Shown here in pieces: positions 53,901-55,178 of a stretch of DNA of 55,178 nt. Each line of letters opens with the position of its first letter. Position 1 is the stretch's first letter. Where the stretch lies: NCBI GenBank assembly GCA_020348445.1, contig CP070751.1, positions 896,138-951,315 on the forward strand. The letters are read 5' to 3'. The position numbers were made by a program, and so were the translations under genes. This DNA is from Thermoplasmata archaeon (GTDB lineage: Archaea; Thermoplasmatota; Thermoplasmata; GCA-020350865). The notes beneath the pieces are model-generated. The model was not told where the DNA came from and ran no database searches. It saw only the letters and a program-made list of their open reading frames with translations.

Positions 53901-55178
53901 GGCAACCATCCAGATCGTGATCGTTCCGCTGACAGTTGATCCATGATCAGGCTCGACTATTGCGATGCCCGGCGGATTATTCTCAGGAACGTTGTCCACA
54001 ATAACTTCTATTACATCATGACCATCATCTTTTCCGTCGTAAACGATGGCCCTTATGTGATGCCATCCATCTTCCACCTCGGTTGTGTCCCACTCGTAGT
54101 ACCACCACTGCCCTTCAGCATCTGTGTGGTTGTATGTTGCATTTCTGAGTTCCCCATCGTCAATTCTGACCCAGACTTCATCAATATCATCGTTTCCATC
54201 TTCGTCCCAGGCCACCATCCAAATTGTGATGGTCCCGCTTAACGTACTTCCCCCATCGGGCTCGACTATTGCAATGCCCGGTGGATTGTTTTCAGGAACA
54301 TTATCAACTATAACCTCGATGACGTCACTTGCATCGTCGGTACCGTCATAGGTAATAGCAGTAATATGGTGCCAGCCGTCCTCAACCTCGGTTGTATCCC
54401 ACTCATAGTACCACCACTGTCCTTCGGCATTGGTGTGGTTATATGTGGCGTTTCTGAGCTCCCCCCCATCGATCTTCACCCATACCTCCTGGATCTGGTC
54501 ATTTCCATCTGGATCCCATGCTACCATCCATATTGTGACGGTTCCGCTTAATGTGCTTCCCCCATCGGGCTCAACAATGGCAATGCCCGGTGGATTGTTC
54601 TCAGGAACATTATCAACTATAACCTCGATGACGTCACTAGCATCGTCGGTACCATCATAGGTAATAGCGGTTATATGATGCCAACCGTCTTCTACCTCGG
54701 TGGTGTCCCACTCGTAGTACCACCATTGTCCTTCAGCATCGGTGTGGTTATAGGTGGCATTTCTGAGTTCCTCCCCATCGATTTTAACCCAAACCTCCTG
54801 GATCTGGTCATTTCCATCTGGATCCCATGCTACCATCCAAATCGTGATGGTCCCACTTAACGTGCTTCCTCCATCAGGTTCGACTATTGCAATGCCCGGT
54901 GGATTATTCTCTGGAACGTTGTCCACAATAACCTCAATGACATCACTTGCATCGTCGGTACCGTCATACGTAATAGCAGTTATATGGTGCCAACCGTCCT
55001 CTACCTCGGTGGTGTCCCACTCGTAATACCACCACTGCCCCTCGGCATCGGTGTGATTGTACGTGGCGTTTCGAAGCTCTCCAGAATCTATCTTCACCCA
55101 GACCTCCTGGATCTGGTCGTTTCCATCCGGATCCCATGCTACCATCCATATTGTGACGGTTCCGCTTAATGTGCTTCC
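50952..55178 (-). CDS. 5'-truncated giant membrane-tethered regulator: at least 12 tandem Ig-like repeats, TM segment, two C-terminal winged-HTH domains (COG3398-like)
   Basis: The frame is open to the window edge; 103-aa repeats; TM PWAILVAIGTIIGLSLFAL; LYTKI..KDVLDHFIRGQIF.YIK.NPG...GTLTYHL.VLE and IL..IK.SPGIS..DIA...GIS.QLANYHV. Confidence 0.9.
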   Translation of the reverse strand, partial: GSTLSGTVTIWMVAWDPDGNDQIQEVWVKIDSGELRNATYNHTDAEGQWWYYEWDTTEVEDGWHHITAITYDGTDDASDVIEVIVDNVPENNPPGIAIVEPDGGSTLSGTITIWMVAWDPDGNDQIQEVWVKIDGEELRNATYNHTDAEGQWWYYEWDTTEVEDGWHHITAITYDGTDDASDVIEVIVDNVPENNPPGIAIVEPDGGSTLSGTVTIWMVAWDPDGNDQIQEVWVKIDGGELRNATYNHTNAEGQWWYYEWDTTEVEDGWHHITAITYDGTDDASDVIEVIVDNVPENNPPGIAIVEPDGGSTLSGTITIWMVAWDEDGNDDIDEVWVRIDDGELRNATYNHTDAEGQWWYYEWDTTEVEDGWHHIRAIVYDGKDDGHDVIEVIVDNVPENNPPGIAIVEPDHGSTVSGTITIWMVAWDPDGNDQIQEVWVRIDSGELRNATYNHTNGEGQWWYYEWDTTEVEDGWHGITAITYDGTDDASDTIEVLVDNVQENHPPGITIVEPDGGSTVSGTITIWMVAWDEDGNDDIEEVWVKIDNGELRNATYNHTNGEGQWWYYEWDTTEVEDGWHHIRAIVYDGKDDGHDVIEVLVDNVEENHAPGIEIVEPGHGSTVSGTIVIWMVAWDEDGNDDIENVWVRIDSGELRNATYNHTNGEGQWWYYEWDTTEVEDGWHDITAIVYDGQDDGHDVIEVLVDNEEENHPPGIAIVEPEDGATVGGLVNIWICAWDPDDNEEIQQVWVKIDGGDWDEATFVEIDDEGSWWVYEWDTTSEENGWHHIYAKTTDGEYWADDVIEVYVDNDSEENHAPQIKIMEPDHGATVSGTIVIWMLAWDPDGLDDIENVWVRIDGGHLRNATYNHTDAEGQWWYYEWDTTEVDDGWHSIRASVYDGEDDGHDIIEIIVDNEGENHAPGIEIIEPEDGATVSGTIVIWMVAWDEDGNDDIENVWVRIDGGHLREATYDHTDSEGQWWYYEWDTTEVENGWHSIRATVYDGKDDGHDIIEVFVDNLPENRIPGIVIVEPDHGSTVNGTIVIWMLAWDHDGDDDIENVWVRIDGGPLRNATYNHTDRLGQWWYYEWDTTEVDDGWHDIRAIVYDGKDDNDDIIEVLVDNSPPEHEILNIDEGEILDGEIEIRIQTSNPDENVEIETMWIKIDDGEWKEANLVESEDGTSYWAYELDTKNLKNGEHHIYTSPNKGKDESEVEEITVLVDNPDKVSETPSPFPWAILVAIGTIIGLSLFALTEVGKFALLSLIFLPLYTKITKKDVLDHFIRGQIFGYIKVNPGDNYSTIKKNLDLNNGTLTYHLKVLEREGLVKSWNDGTHKYFYPQGVKIPGNGVKNPSIYEAILKSIKDSPGISVKDIAAVNGISSQLANYHVRKMAANGTIELERKSFSKVCYPKDS
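51530..55178 (-). repeat. Tandem 309-bp (103-aa) Ig-like repeat array, at least 12 units with the membrane-proximal unit divergent
   Basis: N[NH].PGI.I.EP..G.T.SG...IWMVAWD.DG.D.I..VWV.ID...LRNATYNHT..EGQWWYYEWDTTEVEDGWH recurring. Confidence 0.95.

Noticed and set aside
120-55169. The many 60-200-aa ORFs overlapping long genes on the opposite strand or in other frames (for example 2929-3372, 10699-11166, 12347-12928, 52293-52874, 53325-53939)
   Set aside because: They are shadow ORFs of genes with clear family motifs. They have no RBS or motif support, and their recurrence in the repeat arrays simply mirrors the repeats.
1-55178. tRNA, rRNA, transposase, integrase or prophage genes
   Set aside because: No cloverleaf/T-loop context, rRNA-like segment, or DDE, HUH or tyrosine-recombinase motif was found by eye. 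A tRNAscan-SE or Infernal run would be the decisive check.

Overview
Archaeal chromosomal window, most consistent with an uncultured Thermoplasmatota lineage. This assignment is inferred from single-subunit PCNA, Nop5, DGGGP synthase, archaeal RtcA/RtcB, GGTGA-type RBSs, and giant C-terminally anchored surface proteins. About 38 protein genes are present, and both ends cut through giant repeat-containing surface proteins. From left to right: (1) a PPC-repeat/CLCA-type metalloprotease surface protein, rtcB and archaemetzincin; (2) an ion/osmotic block (trkH, trkA, two mscS, corA, DUF432) containing two unknown coiled-coil genes; (3) an AT-rich block with an orphan JAB protein, a structured leader carrying a Lys-rich micro-ORF, and a five-gene operon (Lrp, bacterial-type deoxyhypusine-synthase-like enzyme, pyruvoyl arginine decarboxylase, ATP-grasp/M20 fusion, GGT); (4) rtcA, a multidomain S8 protease, a bactofilin-like protein, DUF362 and thioredoxin; (5) a complete bacterial-type PNPase, which is unexpected in an archaeon; (6) a solo wHTH, a Gly-rich beta-helix protein and a beta-propeller; (7) nop5, DGGGPS, a minimal wHTH-STAND ATPase, an FG-GAP/transglutaminase surface protein, a KaiC-like ATPase, PAC2 and PCNA; (8) a giant tandem-Ig / TM / double-wHTH candidate receptor-regulator. 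No tRNA, rRNA, CRISPR array or transposase was recognised. The strongest candidates for undescribed biology are the polyamine-conjugate operon with its leader, the archaeal PNPase, and the Ig-array membrane-tethered transcription factor. All family assignments come from motif recognition by eye; no database search was run.
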